A stretch of 64,000 nt of DNA, taken from contig JBDRQF010000061.1 of NCBI GenBank assembly GCA_043826435.1, forward strand, positions 6,919 to 70,918, given 5' to 3'. The translations under genes and the position numbers were made by a program. This document shows positions 47,381 through 58,550 of this stretch, piece after piece. The number at the start of each line of letters is the position of its first letter. Position 1 is the stretch's first letter. The stretch is from Elusimicrobiota bacterium. Its GTDB lineage: Bacteria > Elusimicrobiota > Endomicrobiia > CG1-02-37-114 > JAHJSO01. The notes under the pieces were generated by a model that was given only the letters and a program-made list of their open reading frames with translations, was not told the origin of the DNA and searched no databases.

Positions 47381-49366
47381 ATGGGGATGATGCAAAAGGA
47401 TTACAAAGCGGACGACATAAGGAACATCTGTATGGTCGGAAGCAGCGGCGCCGGTAAGACAATCCTTGTTGAATCAATAGCTTCAAATGCAGGGATCGTA
47501 ACAAGGATGGGGAGTGTTGAGGATGGCAATACGGTTTCAGATTACAATGAGGATGAGATAGAAAGAAAAATATCCATAAATTTATCCGTCATTTCTTTTG
47601 AACATAAAAACAGGAAGGTTAACCTTATAGACACGCCCGGCTATGCCGATTTTGTCGGCGAGGTTTTTTCCGGAATCAACGTATGTGAGGCGTGCATACT
47701 GGTTATTTCAGCGGACACGGGCATTGATGCGTCCGTGGAAAACCTGTGGGAGATAATTACGCAGGAGGGCAGGTCCGTCCTGTTTTTTATAAACAAGTGC
47801 GACAGGGAAAATATTGATGTTAAGGCGCTGATTGGTAAGATTGAGTCCGCTCTTGAGATAAAACTTACCCCGATGAACGCGCCTTCAAAAACAGGCGGGG
47901 ATTTTTCTACCGGCTGGACGGGCGGTTTGGATTTGAGCGATGAAGTTGTTGAGGCAATCGCTTCGTGCGACGATTCGCTTATTGAAAAATACATAAACGG
48001 CGAAAAGATTCCCGATGCGGAACTTATTAACGGGTTCAAATCGGGTTTTGCCCGGCGTAAGATAATGCCGGTTATATTCGGCTCTGCCCTTAATTCCGCA
48101 GGTACAAAACCGTTAATGGATTTTATAACCGATTTTTTGCCGCCGCCTCAATTGGAAGGCGGGGAACAGGAACCGTTCATGGGGCTTGTATTCAAGACGA
48201 TAAGCGAACCCGGAATGGGCCAGATGAATTATATCAGGACGTATTCAGGCAGGTTGAGCACGGGGCAGGACATTTATAATTTCACCCGCGCTACTTCGGA
48301 AAGGTCGGGGCACCTGTGTTCCCTGCAGGGGAAGAAAAGGATAGACATGCAGACGCTTACGGCGGGGGACATAGGGGTTATGGTAAAACTGAAATCAACC
48401 CGTACGAACGATATCCTGGCTGAACAAAAGGTCGCCCGTGAAAAGGTTGAAAAACTCAGGAGGATACCGTTCCCCTCGCCGATGCTTAACATGGCGGTAT
48501 ATGCTAAAACAAAGGGGGAAGAGGAAAAGATAGGTAATGCGTTGCAGTCGGTTATAATGGAAGACCCGACCATGAGGTTCCAATTTGATGCTGAAACGAA
48601 AGAGGTGATTGTTTCAGGGATGGGGATGCTTCACCTTGAGGTTATGATGGAACGGGCGAGGTTAAGGTTCAAAGTTGCCCTGGAATTGAGATCACCGAGG
48701 ATATCGTACAAGGAGACAATCAAAGGGATGGCCGATGTACAGGGAAAATTCAAGAGACAGTCGGGAGGCAGGGGGCAGTACGGCGACTGCTGGTTGAAGA
48801 TTGAACCTGTGGAGAGGGGCAGGGGTTTTGAGTTTGTTGACAAAATTTTCGGCGGTTCAATACCGAAGAACTACATACCGGCGGTTGAGAAAGGCGTGAT
48901 TGAAGCGATGGCCGGGGGCGTTATAGCCGGTTACCCCGCGGTTGACATAAGGGTGACCGTTTATGACGGTTCATACCACGATGTTGATTCTTCCGATATG
49001 GCTTTTAAAATAGCGGGGGCGATGGCTTTTCGCAAAGGGGTCAGCGAGGCAAAACCGGTAATTCTGGAGCCGATATATAACGTTGAGGTCACCATCCCCG
49101 ACGAATACATGGGGAGCATAATGGGTGATTTGAACAGCCGTCGCGGAAGGGTGTTGGGAATGGACAGGGTGGGCAAGAAACACATAGTAAAGGCGCATGT
49201 CCCGTTAGGAGAGATATTCAGATATGCCACTGATTTAAGATCTCTCACCAAGGGGAGCGGAAAATTTAAAACAAATTTCGCCCACTATGAAGAGTTACCG
49301 TCCCATCTTACCCACCCGCTGGTAGAGGCATTCCAGAAGTCAAAGAAAGGGGAGGAAAAAGAATGA
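47381..49366 (+). CDS. elongation factor G family GTPase (EF-G paralog)
   Basis: G motifs GSSGAGKT, DTPGY and NKCD, plus EF-G domains III-V. The G1 is divergent. It is inserted between ribF and rpsO. Confidence 0.7.
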   Translation: MGMMQKDYKADDIRNICMVGSSGAGKTILVESIASNAGIVTRMGSVEDGNTVSDYNEDEIERKISINLSVISFEHKNRKVNLIDTPGYADFVGEVFSGINVCEACILVISADTGIDASVENLWEIITQEGRSVLFFINKCDRENIDVKALIGKIESALEIKLTPMNAPSKTGGDFSTGWTGGLDLSDEVVEAIASCDDSLIEKYINGEKIPDAELINGFKSGFARRKIMPVIFGSALNSAGTKPLMDFITDFLPPPQLEGGEQEPFMGLVFKTISEPGMGQMNYIRTYSGRLSTGQDIYNFTRATSERSGHLCSLQGKKRIDMQTLTAGDIGVMVKLKSTRTNDILAEQKVAREKVEKLRRIPFPSPMLNMAVYAKTKGEEEKIGNALQSVIMEDPTMRFQFDAETKEVIVSGMGMLHLEVMMERARLRFKVALELRSPRISYKETIKGMADVQGKFKRQSGGRGQYGDCWLKIEPVERGRGFEFVDKIFGGSIPKNYIPAVEKGVIEAMAGGVIAGYPAVDIRVTVYDGSYHDVDSSDMAFKIAGAMAFRKGVSEAKPVILEPIYNVEVTIPDEYMGSIMGDLNSRRGRVLGMDRVGKKHIVKAHVPLGEIFRYATDLRSLTKGSGKFKTNFAHYEELPSHLTHPLVEAFQKSKKGEEKE

Positions 49367-49373
49367 AACCAAT

Positions 49374-49510
49374 GGTTGTCTTTGCGAGGAACGTTAGCGA
49401 CGAAGCAATCTCATTTTTACCGACGAGATTGCCACGCTCCCTTCGGTCGCTCGCAACGACATTTTGATTGCCACCCACCACGCCCCTGCGGGGCTCGTGG
49501 TCGCAATGAC
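49374..49510 (+). repeat. cluster of three REP-like elements (one inverted, two direct)
   Basis: 49374-49414 is the reverse complement of the 63958-64000 copy. 49422-49461 and 49466-49510 are direct copies with different internal hairpins. Confidence 0.55.
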
Positions 49511-49603
49511 AATCCAATGGGTATTCAAATGTCAAGAGATTTACGGGACACTACATTAGAATACACTAATAAATTAACGTACGAAAGGGAGTGAGATGAT
49601 AAA

Positions 49604-49867
49604 ATGATAACAAAAGAACAAAAAAAGGAATTGATTGAAAAATTCAGGACCCACCCGGGGGACTCCGGCTCAGAGATAGTTCAGGCAGCCATATTGACGG
49701 CCAGAATAAACTATCTTGCCGGCCATTTTAAGAGTCACCCGAAGGATTTTACTTCAAAGAGGGGCTTCCTGAAACTCGTGGGTCAGAGGAGGCGGCTTAT
49801 TAACTACCTGAAGAACAATAACAGGGAGTTATACATTAAAGTTGTGGAGGGACTTGGACTTAAATGA
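49604..49867 (+). CDS. rpsO: 30S ribosomal protein S15
   Basis: 87 aa. It precedes pnp. Confidence 0.9.
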   Translation: MITKEQKKELIEKFRTHPGDSGSEIVQAAILTARINYLAGHFKSHPKDFTSKRGFLKLVGQRRRLINYLKNNNRELYIKVVEGLGLK

Positions 49868-51942
49868 TAAAAAAGGAAATACTGGCAGGTAACAAAAAGA
49901 TTGAGTTTGAAACAGGTAAAATAGCGAGGCAGGCCAACGGTTCGGTGTTTGTCCGGATGGGGGATACCTGCGTGCTGGCTACTGTCGTTATGTCGCCGGA
50001 GCCGCTATCGGCGGGCGATAGGAGAGACATGCTGCCGCTGACCATTGACTACAGGGAACGGACTTATGCGGCGGGGAGGATACCCGGAGGGTTTTTCAAG
50101 AGGGAGGGGAGGCCGCGCGAAAAAGAAACCCTTACCTCGCGGCTTATAGACAGGACGGTCAGGCCGTTGTTCCCCGAAGGGTTCCAGCACAAGATACAGA
50201 TAAATGTCGTAGTCCTTTCAAGCGACGGTGAAAACGACGCCGACGTCCTTTCACTGTTAGGCGTGTCTTTCGCTTTGATGATTTCAGACATCCCTTTCAA
50301 CGGCCCGGTCGCCTGTGCAAGGGTGGGCAGGATAGACGGTAGTTTTGTGCTTAATCCGACATATACCGAAAGAACCAAAAGCGACCTTGACCTGTTTGTG
50401 GCAGGAGCGGGCGACAAGACAGTTATGATGGAAATGGCGGGTAATGAATTACAGGAACAGGATGTATCTGCCGCTATTGAATTCGCCGGACAGCCGGTTG
50501 CGGATTTGTGTAAAATGCAGGACGCGTTGCAGAAGGAAGCGGGCATTAAAAAAATCCCGGTTGAAAAAGAGGAAGCGGACGGGGAGATTATCAGCACAAT
50601 CTCGGGCATCGTAAAAGAGCATACGGATGAATTTATGGATACAGGGGCGAAATCAGAAAAACAAGGTGCATTCAACAAGGCGCTGGATTCCGCTCTTGTG
50701 GCGCTCCTACCGAAATTCCCCGAAAAGGGATTTGAAATCAAGGCGACATTTGACAGAATAGTCCGTGAAGAAATCAGAAAAATTATTTTTGAAAAAAGAA
50801 AAAGGCCCGACGGGAGGTCCCCGGCAGACATCAGGGATATAACCTCAGAAGCCGGCGCTCTTCCGAGAGTGCACGGTTCGGCGCTGTTTACCAGGGGCCA
50901 GACGCAGTCGCTTGTGGCTGTTACGTTGGGTACGCCCGCGGACAAGCAGCGGATGGAGCAACTTGAAGGCGAATACAGGGAAAGGTTTCTTTTCCATTAT
51001 AACTTCCCGGGTTTTGCAACAGGGGACGTAAAGCCGGAAAGGGCCACTTCCAGGAGAGAGATAGGCCACGGCGCACTTGCCAAGAAGGCGATACAACCGC
51101 TCCTGCCGGGCGACAATGAGTTCCCTTATACCATCCGTCTGGTTTCGGATATACTTGAATCAAACGGTTCCTCTTCCATGGCTTCCGTATGCGGCGGTTC
51201 GCTGGCGCTTTTTGATGCGGGCGTGCCGATGAAATCAGCAGTGGCGGGCGTAGCCCTCGGGCTTGTTAAGGAGGCGTCCGGCCATGTTATACTTACCGAC
51301 TTAATAGGGTTTGAGGACCACATAGGGGATATGGACTTCAAGGTTGCCGGCACAAAGAACGGCATAACCGCCATCCAGATGGACCTGAAGATTGACGGTA
51401 TTGATATAAAACTCATCAGCGAGACGCTTAGCCAGGCGAAGGATGCGCGGCTAAAGATTCTTGGTATGATGGAGCGGACAATAGACAAGCCCAGGGAAAC
51501 CCTTTCCGAACACGCGCCGAAGATGATAATCCTGCAGATTCAGCAGAGCAAAATAGGCGGGCTGATAGGCCCCGGCGGCAAAAACATAAGGCAGATAGTT
51601 GAAGAGACAGAGGCGAAGATAGACATTGAGGAAGACGGCAGGGTGTTTATATCAAGCACGAGCGCCAAGTCAATAGAACTTGCAAAACAGATGGTGGAGT
51701 ACTATACCGCCGACGTTGATGTAGGCAGGATATACCAAGGCAAGGTCACACGCATAACCGATTTCGGCGCATTCGTTGAAATCCTCCCCGGCAAGGAAGG
51801 GCTTGTGCACATTTCAAAATTAGCGGACCACCGGGTGAACAGGGTAGAGGACGTCGTAAAAGAAGGTGATGAAATCGCCGTTAAGGTGATGGAGGTTGAC
51901 AACCAGGGCAGGATAGTGCTGTCCAAAAAGGCAGCGAAGTAA
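49864..51942 (+). CDS. pnp: polyribonucleotide nucleotidyltransferase (PNPase)
   Basis: Two RNase PH domains plus KH and S1 at the C-terminus. Confidence 0.9.
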   Translation: MIKKEILAGNKKIEFETGKIARQANGSVFVRMGDTCVLATVVMSPEPLSAGDRRDMLPLTIDYRERTYAAGRIPGGFFKREGRPREKETLTSRLIDRTVRPLFPEGFQHKIQINVVVLSSDGENDADVLSLLGVSFALMISDIPFNGPVACARVGRIDGSFVLNPTYTERTKSDLDLFVAGAGDKTVMMEMAGNELQEQDVSAAIEFAGQPVADLCKMQDALQKEAGIKKIPVEKEEADGEIISTISGIVKEHTDEFMDTGAKSEKQGAFNKALDSALVALLPKFPEKGFEIKATFDRIVREEIRKIIFEKRKRPDGRSPADIRDITSEAGALPRVHGSALFTRGQTQSLVAVTLGTPADKQRMEQLEGEYRERFLFHYNFPGFATGDVKPERATSRREIGHGALAKKAIQPLLPGDNEFPYTIRLVSDILESNGSSSMASVCGGSLALFDAGVPMKSAVAGVALGLVKEASGHVILTDLIGFEDHIGDMDFKVAGTKNGITAIQMDLKIDGIDIKLISETLSQAKDARLKILGMMERTIDKPRETLSEHAPKMIILQIQQSKIGGLIGPGGKNIRQIVEETEAKIDIEEDGRVFISSTSAKSIELAKQMVEYYTADVDVGRIYQGKVTRITDFGAFVEILPGKEGLVHISKLADHRVNRVEDVVKEGDEIAVKVMEVDNQGRIVLSKKAAK

Positions 51943-51981
51943 TGTCCCTGCGAGCAGCGCAGGTCGTCGGGCGATGAAAAA

Positions 51982-52437
51982 ATGGCAGATAAAAATAAAG
52001 GCACCAATACAGACCTGGTCATCGAGAAAATAAATGAGTTGTACGATTTAACTGTCGCCGAGGGTCTTGCCGAGGTTGAGTTTAAGGACGCGGAAGTTTA
52101 CATAAAGATAAAAAGAAAGGACGGTAAAAAGAAACACAGGGTTGACGTTAAGCGACCGTCCGATAAACGGGAAGTACAGCAGGGGATAAACAAAAACAGG
52201 GCGACAATCAAATCACCTCTGAACGGCGTTTTTTACCGGATGCCCTCACCCGGGGAGCAGCCGTTCGTTAAAGAGGGCGACGATGTCCATGCCGGGAGCG
52301 TTCTGTGTGTAATTGAAGCGATGAAGGTGATGAACGAGATAAAAGCGGACGCAAGGATGAAGATACATGGTATCCTCATTGAGAACGGGGGCCTCGTTAC
52401 GGCGGAGCAGGATATTTTTGTGGTGGAGTATCTATGA
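51982..52437 (+). CDS. biotin carboxyl carrier protein (biotinyl domain)
   Basis: The EAMKVMNEI biotinylation motif lies within a C-terminal hybrid-barrel domain. Confidence 0.6.
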   Translation: MADKNKGTNTDLVIEKINELYDLTVAEGLAEVEFKDAEVYIKIKRKDGKKKHRVDVKRPSDKREVQQGINKNRATIKSPLNGVFYRMPSPGEQPFVKEGDDVHAGSVLCVIEAMKVMNEIKADARMKIHGILIENGGLVTAEQDIFVVEYL

Positions 52438-52655
52438 GTGATGCTTCTGTGTCAGGCGAATCAATAGGCACCAATGCGGGAAGGATATGGGGATACCTTT
52501 CAAGAAACGGAAAGTCGGATTTGAGGAAAATAAGATTCGGCCTGAAACTTAATAACGCCGAAATGTTTCTTGCACTCGGCTGGCTGTGCCGTGAGGGCAA
52601 GGTTGTCACTACGTTTGATAACGATAAAAACACCTATTTTGCAGAACTGAAATAA
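52434..52655 (+). CDS. small winged-helix protein (DUF2582-like), hypothetical
   Basis: 73 aa, with only a pattern-level resemblance. Translationally coupled between the biotin carrier gene and ftsK. Confidence 0.35.
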   Translation: MSDASVSGESIGTNAGRIWGYLSRNGKSDLRKIRFGLKLNNAEMFLALGWLCREGKVVTTFDNDKNTYFAELK

Positions 52656-52656
52656 T

Positions 52657-54807
52657 ATGAACGGATATTTTAGAGTTCGGGCAAAACCGAAAAAGGAAAA
52701 GGAGCGTGCAATCAGGGTCTTCATCACGATACTCGTCGGGATGGTCCTGTTGTATTGCATTGTTCTGCCGGACAAATGCGGGACGGTGGGCAGGTGGTTC
52801 GCCAGGCGTTTCGGGGAATTGTTCGGTAAGGCATCATTCGTTTTCCCCGTACTTATAATATTGTATGCAGTTGAACTGCTGAGGTTTAAAAAATTGCGCC
52901 TCGGCAAGTCGGTTACCATGGCGGCAATGTTTGTAGTGTTGTGCGGCGTACTCAGCGTAATAGGTTCATTTGGCGATATAAATTACGGCGGGTTGGTCGG
53001 GATAGCGCTGAGGGATTTTTCTGTCAGGGTTTTTGGCCAGGTCTTTGCATTAGTTATACTTATATTTCTTTTTCTGTACCTTTCGTCCATTCTGTTTAAT
53101 GTATCCGTCGTTGAACATTTACGGTTTTTTATGAGGCGGCTCTCGGAAGACATCAAAGAGTGGAGGTCTGTCCGTGAATTAAACAGGAAGATTAAAACCG
53201 CTGCAACCGGGACAGTCGTCAGGAAGACGCCGCAGGGGAAGCAGGAGATGGCTGGGGTGCCCGGGACGATCGGAATGCCGGGGACGCCGGAAATTTCCGT
53301 AGCGACTGGGGTGCCGGGAAGAAAGATTGAACCCGCCCCGGTCCCGCAGCCGGATATATCAAAAACATATCAGTTGCCGTCGGTGGATTTACTCCCGACG
53401 GGCGAACAGATAGACAAGGAATACAGGCATTCCGACATGATTCAGAAAGCGGCATTACTTGAGCAGACCCTGTCAACCTTCAACGTGCAGGCAAAGGTCA
53501 CGGACGTATCCAGCGGGCCCACGATAACGAGGTTTGAACTGACCCCCGACCCCGGCATAAAGGTCAAGGACATTACGTCTCTTTCAAACGATATAGCCCT
53601 GGCGCTGAAAGCCACGAGCGTCCGTGTCGCGACAGTGCCCGGCAAGGGCACGGTAGGAGTGGAGGTCCCGAACCCGAAAGGTAAAAGGGTCGGAATCAGG
53701 GCGGTTATGGAGGAAAAGGATTTCGCTGAATCCGGCTCCAAACTTACAATAGCCCTCGGCAAGACCTCCGAAGGCAAATCCTATGCTTTTGACCTTACAC
53801 CCATGCCTCACCTTCTTATAGCAGGCGCTACCGGCTCAGGGAAGAGCGTGTGTATCCATTCAATAATCACGTCTATTTTATTCAAAGCAAGGCCGGATGA
53901 GGTGAAATTTCTTCTGATTGACCCCAAACGTCTGGAGTTGCCCGTGTATAACGGTCTGCCGCACCTGTATGACCCGACTGTCACGAGCGAGCAGGCATCG
54001 GTAGTCACGAACCCGAAACAGTCGGCCAGGGTGCTGCAATCCATGGTGAGGGTAATGGAGAAAAGGTATGAAAAATTCGCCAGGGCGACCGTCCGCAACA
54101 TAGACGGTTATAATGAATATGCAGAAAAGTCGGGCGAACCGAAGGAGTTTTATATAGTCATAATCATAGACGAACTGGCTGATTTGATACTTACCCTGCC
54201 CCGTGAGATTGAAGACGCAGTCCAGCGGCTCGCCCAGATGGCGAGGGCGGTCGGTATCCACCTTGTGCTTGCAACCCAGAGGCCTTCAGTTGATGTCATT
54301 ACCGGAGTAATCAAGGCGAACCTTTCCGCCAGGATTGCCTTCCAGGTCCTTTCAAAAACGGACTCCAGGGTAATACTTGACACCATGGGGGCTGAGGACC
54401 TGTTAGGGTGCGGGGACATGCTCTTTTTACCCACGGGGGCAGCGAGGCCTTTCCGTCTGCAGGGGTCTTATGTTTCGGAGAAAGAGGTTACGGAAATCGT
54501 AAATTTCATAAAAAAGCAGAACGTGAAAACACATTATGAAGATATGGAATCCCAGTCCGTAGAGGAAGAAAAGAACAAGATGGACGAGACGACGAACGAA
54601 CTCATCAAACAGGCGCTGAAACTGATACTGGAACGCAAACGCGTTTCGCAGGATTTGCTCAAAGCGCGTTTCGGCACTTCCGCGAAGGCGAGCGACGTGT
54701 TGAGCCGTCTGGAAGTGCAGGAGTTTATATTCAAGCCGGAAGGCACCAACAAGTGGCATATTAATTATGACAGGATTGAAGAATACCTGAAAGGGGACGC
54801 GAAATGA
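52657..54807 (+). CDS. ftsK: DNA translocase FtsK
   Basis: N-terminal TM helices, linker, alpha/beta motor with Walker A GATGSGKS, and the gamma domain. Confidence 0.85.
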   Translation: MNGYFRVRAKPKKEKERAIRVFITILVGMVLLYCIVLPDKCGTVGRWFARRFGELFGKASFVFPVLIILYAVELLRFKKLRLGKSVTMAAMFVVLCGVLSVIGSFGDINYGGLVGIALRDFSVRVFGQVFALVILIFLFLYLSSILFNVSVVEHLRFFMRRLSEDIKEWRSVRELNRKIKTAATGTVVRKTPQGKQEMAGVPGTIGMPGTPEISVATGVPGRKIEPAPVPQPDISKTYQLPSVDLLPTGEQIDKEYRHSDMIQKAALLEQTLSTFNVQAKVTDVSSGPTITRFELTPDPGIKVKDITSLSNDIALALKATSVRVATVPGKGTVGVEVPNPKGKRVGIRAVMEEKDFAESGSKLTIALGKTSEGKSYAFDLTPMPHLLIAGATGSGKSVCIHSIITSILFKARPDEVKFLLIDPKRLELPVYNGLPHLYDPTVTSEQASVVTNPKQSARVLQSMVRVMEKRYEKFARATVRNIDGYNEYAEKSGEPKEFYIVIIIDELADLILTLPREIEDAVQRLAQMARAVGIHLVLATQRPSVDVITGVIKANLSARIAFQVLSKTDSRVILDTMGAEDLLGCGDMLFLPTGAARPFRLQGSYVSEKEVTEIVNFIKKQNVKTHYEDMESQSVEEEKNKMDETTNELIKQALKLILERKRVSQDLLKARFGTSAKASDVLSRLEVQEFIFKPEGTNKWHINYDRIEEYLKGDAK

Positions 54808-55499
54808 AAACTGTATTCGTCCTTTTAACCCTAATTACAGTCGCCGCCGGGAATGTATTGCCTGGTGGCAGCCCGCAGGAAAGGCGGCAGGATATTAAAT
54901 TTATTCTGTCAAATATGGCGGAAAAGGAAAAGGGTATTGAGTCCATACAACTTGAGTTTATCCAGATTATGAAGTTTGCCGCTACCGCGGATACGCAGAC
55001 AATGTCCGGCGGGGTGATTTTTAAGAGGCCCAACAGGATATATTACCGCATATACAGCCCTGCAGAGCAGGTCGTGGTGAGCGACGGGAAAAAACTCTGG
55101 CTCTACAACCTTTCCACCAACCAGGTGTTTGTTGATTTGTGGAAGAACTGGAAGGGTATAAATTATTTCATCCCCGGGATATTCAACCCGAAGGGGACGG
55201 TTTCGGATTTGAAAAAATATTTTAATTTTGAATTACTGTCGGAAGAGGCGGGGGACTACGTCCTTAAACTGGTGCCGAAAGAGAAGGTTGCCGCTGAGTT
55301 GCACATAATGCCCGGTGAGTTTGAATTCCGGATGTGGGTGTCAACCGCAACCTTCCACCCGCGGAAGAGCATGTTTTTGAGCGAAAACATAACCGTTGAG
55401 ACCGATATAATTAAATATGAAGTAAACGTCAGCACGCCCGACGCCCTTTTTGATTTCAAGCCGCCCGCAGACGCCGAGGTACTGAGGTTGTTCAAATAA
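54804..55499 (+). CDS. lolA: LolA-like outer-membrane lipoprotein carrier
   Basis: Signal peptide. LolA fold-like size and position after ftsK, as in many bacteria. Confidence 0.55.
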   Translation: MKTVFVLLTLITVAAGNVLPGGSPQERRQDIKFILSNMAEKEKGIESIQLEFIQIMKFAATADTQTMSGGVIFKRPNRIYYRIYSPAEQVVVSDGKKLWLYNLSTNQVFVDLWKNWKGINYFIPGIFNPKGTVSDLKKYFNFELLSEEAGDYVLKLVPKEKVAAELHIMPGEFEFRMWVSTATFHPRKSMFLSENITVETDIIKYEVNVSTPDALFDFKPPADAEVLRLFK

Positions 55500-55509
55500 A
55501 GGAACCGCA

Positions 55510-56136
55510 ATGAAACCCACATGGTTAAAAAATCTTCCCATCCAGCTCACTCTCCTGAGGATATTCCTTGTCCCTTTCTTTATGGTATTTATGTTCGTTG
55601 ATAACCTCTGGACCAGGATTTTCGCCCTGTTAATTTTTGTCCTCGGAGGGCTTACCGACCTTTATGACGGGATGATCGCCAGGCACCTGAACGTCGTGAC
55701 GAAGGCGGGCATTTTCCTTGACCCGCTTGCAGACAAACTTATTATTTCCGCCGCGTTAATATCTTTCGTCGGGCTGAGAGAATTGCACGTCCCCGCGTGG
55801 ATGGTGGTTTGCGTAATTTCCAGGGAATTCCTGATAACAGGGCTGAGGATACTTGCCGTTTCGGGCGGAAGGATTATCGCTGCGGACAGGACGGGAAAGT
55901 TCAAGACGACCTCACAGATTATCGCCATAATAATAATACTTCTTGTATTGATAGTGAACTCCCTTTTTAAGAAGTATCCCGGTATCGTTCCGCCACCCGC
56001 CATAATGAGTTTCATCAGGTCGCTTCCCTACTGGATAATGTTCGTTATAACCCTGTTGACCCTGTATTCGGGGGTGGTGTATCTCTGGAAACACAGGGAC
56101 GTGTTGATTTCAGAACTGAAGAATAACGGCAAATAA
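55510..56136 (+). CDS. pgsA: CDP-diacylglycerol--glycerol-3-phosphate 3-phosphatidyltransferase
   Basis: CDP-alcohol phosphatidyltransferase motif DGMIAR...G...D.LADK. Confidence 0.8.
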   Translation: MKPTWLKNLPIQLTLLRIFLVPFFMVFMFVDNLWTRIFALLIFVLGGLTDLYDGMIARHLNVVTKAGIFLDPLADKLIISAALISFVGLRELHVPAWMVVCVISREFLITGLRILAVSGGRIIAADRTGKFKTTSQIIAIIIILLVLIVNSLFKKYPGIVPPPAIMSFIRSLPYWIMFVITLLTLYSGVVYLWKHRDVLISELKNNGK

Positions 56137-56139
56137 CCG

Positions 56140-56619
56140 GTGCCCGCCTTGAAAAAGACATTTATTAAATTGCTGGCGACTTCTTTTGGAATTGGTTATA
56201 TACCTTTTGCAGGCGGCACGTTTGCAAGCGTTTTCGCATGCCTGATATACTGGTTTCTCGCTCCGCACAATCCATATCTGTATTTACTGATTCTTTTAGC
56301 CGGTGCCGTTTTTTCATTACCGGTTTTGTCGGAAGCGGAAAAAATATTCGGCAGGAAAGACGACAGGAGAATAGTCCTGGATGAGGTCATCGGTTTCTGG
56401 TTTGCCGTGGCATTTATACCGAGGGGTCCCGGGGGTCCAGCGGGGCTTAAGTATTTAATGATGGGCTTTGTCCTGTTCAGGATATTTGATATTTTCAAGC
56501 CATTTCCTATTCGGGCGGTCCAAAAATATACAGGTGGTATCGGCGTTCTGGCGGACGACGTTCTGGCAGGAATTTTATCAGGCATTATCTTGATTGTTCT
56601 GAGAAGTTTTTTGACGTAG
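56140..56619 (+). CDS. pgpA: phosphatidylglycerophosphatase A
   Basis: PgpA family (FGIGYIPFAGGTF). Confidence 0.75.
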   Translation: MPALKKTFIKLLATSFGIGYIPFAGGTFASVFACLIYWFLAPHNPYLYLLILLAGAVFSLPVLSEAEKIFGRKDDRRIVLDEVIGFWFAVAFIPRGPGGPAGLKYLMMGFVLFRIFDIFKPFPIRAVQKYTGGIGVLADDVLAGILSGIILIVLRSFLT

Positions 56620-56698
56620 TCCTGCCTTAATATCAAACCTGGACCTGTTGTGCCTGGATGACTGCAAAAGTCCCTTAAAAAAATGCCCTTTTGACCTA

Positions 56699-56727
56699 TT
56701 GACTTAAAGGAACATAATGGTTAAAAT
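56699..56727 (+). promoter_or_regulatory. promoter TTGACT-N17-TAAAAT upstream of ssb
   Basis: Hexamers and spacing were counted directly. Confidence 0.4.
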
Positions 56728-56791
56728 AAAACCATCGCTAACCGCAAAAACAATTTTGTATCGCCATGGTTGGTGAGGGGGGTGATGACAG

Positions 56792-57193
56792 TTGAACTTG
56801 CTAATCGTTTCGGGTAACATCGTGAAAGACGCAAAACTGTTCAGTACGTCTTCGGGTAAGTCCTGCTGTATGTCAAGGATAGCCGTCCGGGAAGACATGA
56901 AGCCGCAGGAAAAGGAGGCGACCTTTATTGACATCGCAATATGGGGCAGCCGGGCCCAGAAACTTTCGGATATGCTGAAAGTGGGGAAATCAATCTCGGT
57001 GACAGGACGGCTTGAAATAAACAAGAACAAGAAGAACGACAGAACTTATGTGAACCCGCGCGTTGTCGTGAACACGCTTGAGTTCCTCAGCAAGAAAAAC
57101 CCCGTTATTGCCAACGGGAGTCCTGCAAATGCCGCTGATTCGTTACGGGACATCTGCGAAGACGATGAAGAGGCAAACAACGAAGGGGCCTGA
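56792..57193 (+). CDS. ssb: single-stranded DNA-binding protein (OB fold), atypical C-terminal tail
   Basis: TTG start after GAGGGGGG. OB-fold SSB pattern. The tail is acidic (EDDEEANNEGA) but lacks the canonical DDDIPF. Confidence 0.6.
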   Translation: MNLLIVSGNIVKDAKLFSTSSGKSCCMSRIAVREDMKPQEKEATFIDIAIWGSRAQKLSDMLKVGKSISVTGRLEINKNKKNDRTYVNPRVVVNTLEFLSKKNPVIANGSPANAADSLRDICEDDEEANNEGA

Positions 57194-57301
57194 AGGGGCC
57201 AAAGGATGAGTTAATAAGGATGAGTTAATAAGATAAGGCCTGTTGTCTGAGGAGGTCTGTGCCGGCTGAATCCGTATTTGAAACAATCCCGTATTTAAAA
57301 C

Positions 57302-57330
57302 TTGACAGTTCAGTGAAAAATTTGTAAAAT
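57302..57330 (+). promoter_or_regulatory. recA promoter TTGACA-N17-TAAAAT followed by a roughly 120-nt GC-rich structured leader
   Basis: The spacer contains the palindrome TTCAgTGAA. Two CCGTATTT repeats lie just upstream. Confidence 0.45.
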
Positions 57331-57450
57331 TCATCAGGCGGACGGTGATGGCCGGGCACAGCCGGTTATAGCCGGGCGTCGGGACTCCGGATTAGAAGTA
57401 TCCGTGGCCGGAGGCATTGGATATCTACGCAATCTCAAAAGGGGGATTTT

Positions 57451-58536
57451 ATGGTAATGGTAAAGGATGAAAGGATTAAGGCGCTCCAGGCGGCAATTAC
57501 GCAGATAGAGAAGGACTTTGGCAAAGAAGCGATAATGAAGTTGGGCGAAAAGGGTCCAAGATTTGTCATGGATGTAATTCCGACGGGGGCGCTGCCGCTG
57601 GATATAGCAACGGGGGTGGGCGGGATTCCCCGCGGCCGGGTGGTTGAAATATTCGGGCCTGAGGCAGGCGGAAAATCAACCCTGGCGATGATAATCGTCG
57701 GACAGGCGCAGAAATTAGGCGGGATTGCGGCATACATTGACGCAGAGAATGCCTTTGACCCCACGTATGCAAAAAAACTCGGTGTTGATACGGACAACCT
57801 TTTTATATCCCAGCCAGATTCGGGCGAGCAGGCGCTTGAGATTACCGAGCGGCTTGTCCGTTCTGGCGCGATGGACATAATTGTCATTGACTCGGTGGCG
57901 GCGCTTGTCCCCAAAGCAGAGATAGAAGGAGAGATGGGTGATCCGCAGATGGGTCTCCAGGCCCGGCTTATGAGCCAGGCGTTGAGAAAACTTACTTCTA
58001 TCATCTCAAAGACAAGGGCGGTCGTCATTTTCATAAACCAGATAAGGCACAAGATAGGCGTTATGTTCGGCAACCCGGAAACGACCCCGGGCGGGCTGGC
58101 GCTGAAGTTTTATTCATCCATCCGCCTGGACATCAGGGCGATAGAGAGAATAAAGAAAAGCGATGTGGTCGTCGGTAACAGGATAAGGGTGAAGGTTGTA
58201 AAGAACAAGGTAGCCCCGCCTTTTAAGACGGCGGAGTTTGAACTGATATTCGGCGAGGGGATACTGAAAGAAAGTTACCTTATTGACCTTGCCGTTGCCA
58301 ACGGCATTATGGAAAAATCAGGCACGTGGCTTTTATACAAGGGTGAAAAGATAGGCCAGGGAATGGAACAGGCGAGGGCATATTTAAAAGAGAACCTCGC
58401 AGTCAGCCAGGAGATTGAAAACTTATTGAGGGAAAAACTTTTACCGAAAACCGAAGTAAAGCAGGAGAAAAAAGAAGCGGAAGAACTGAAGGAAAAAAAC
58501 ATTACAGAAGGGCACACCAAAAAACACAAAGGATAA
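57451..58536 (+). CDS. recA: recombinase RecA
   Basis: Walker [11 protein letters not shown]1/L2 loops. Confidence 0.92.
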   Translation: MVMVKDERIKALQAAITQIEKDFGKEAIMKLGEKGPRFVMDVIPTGALPLDIATGVGGIPRGRVVEIFGPEAGGKSTLAMIIVGQAQKLGGIAAYIDAENAFDPTYAKKLGVDTDNLFISQPDSGEQALEITERLVRSGAMDIIVIDSVAALVPKAEIEGEMGDPQMGLQARLMSQALRKLTSIISKTRAVVIFINQIRHKIGVMFGNPETTPGGLALKFYSSIRLDIRAIERIKKSDVVVGNRIRVKVVKNKVAPPFKTAEFELIFGEGILKESYLIDLAVANGIMEKSGTWLLYKGEKIGQGMEQARAYLKENLAVSQEIENLLREKLLPKTEVKQEKKEAEELKEKNITEGHTKKHKG

Positions 58537-58550
58537 TTCTCGTCTATGTT

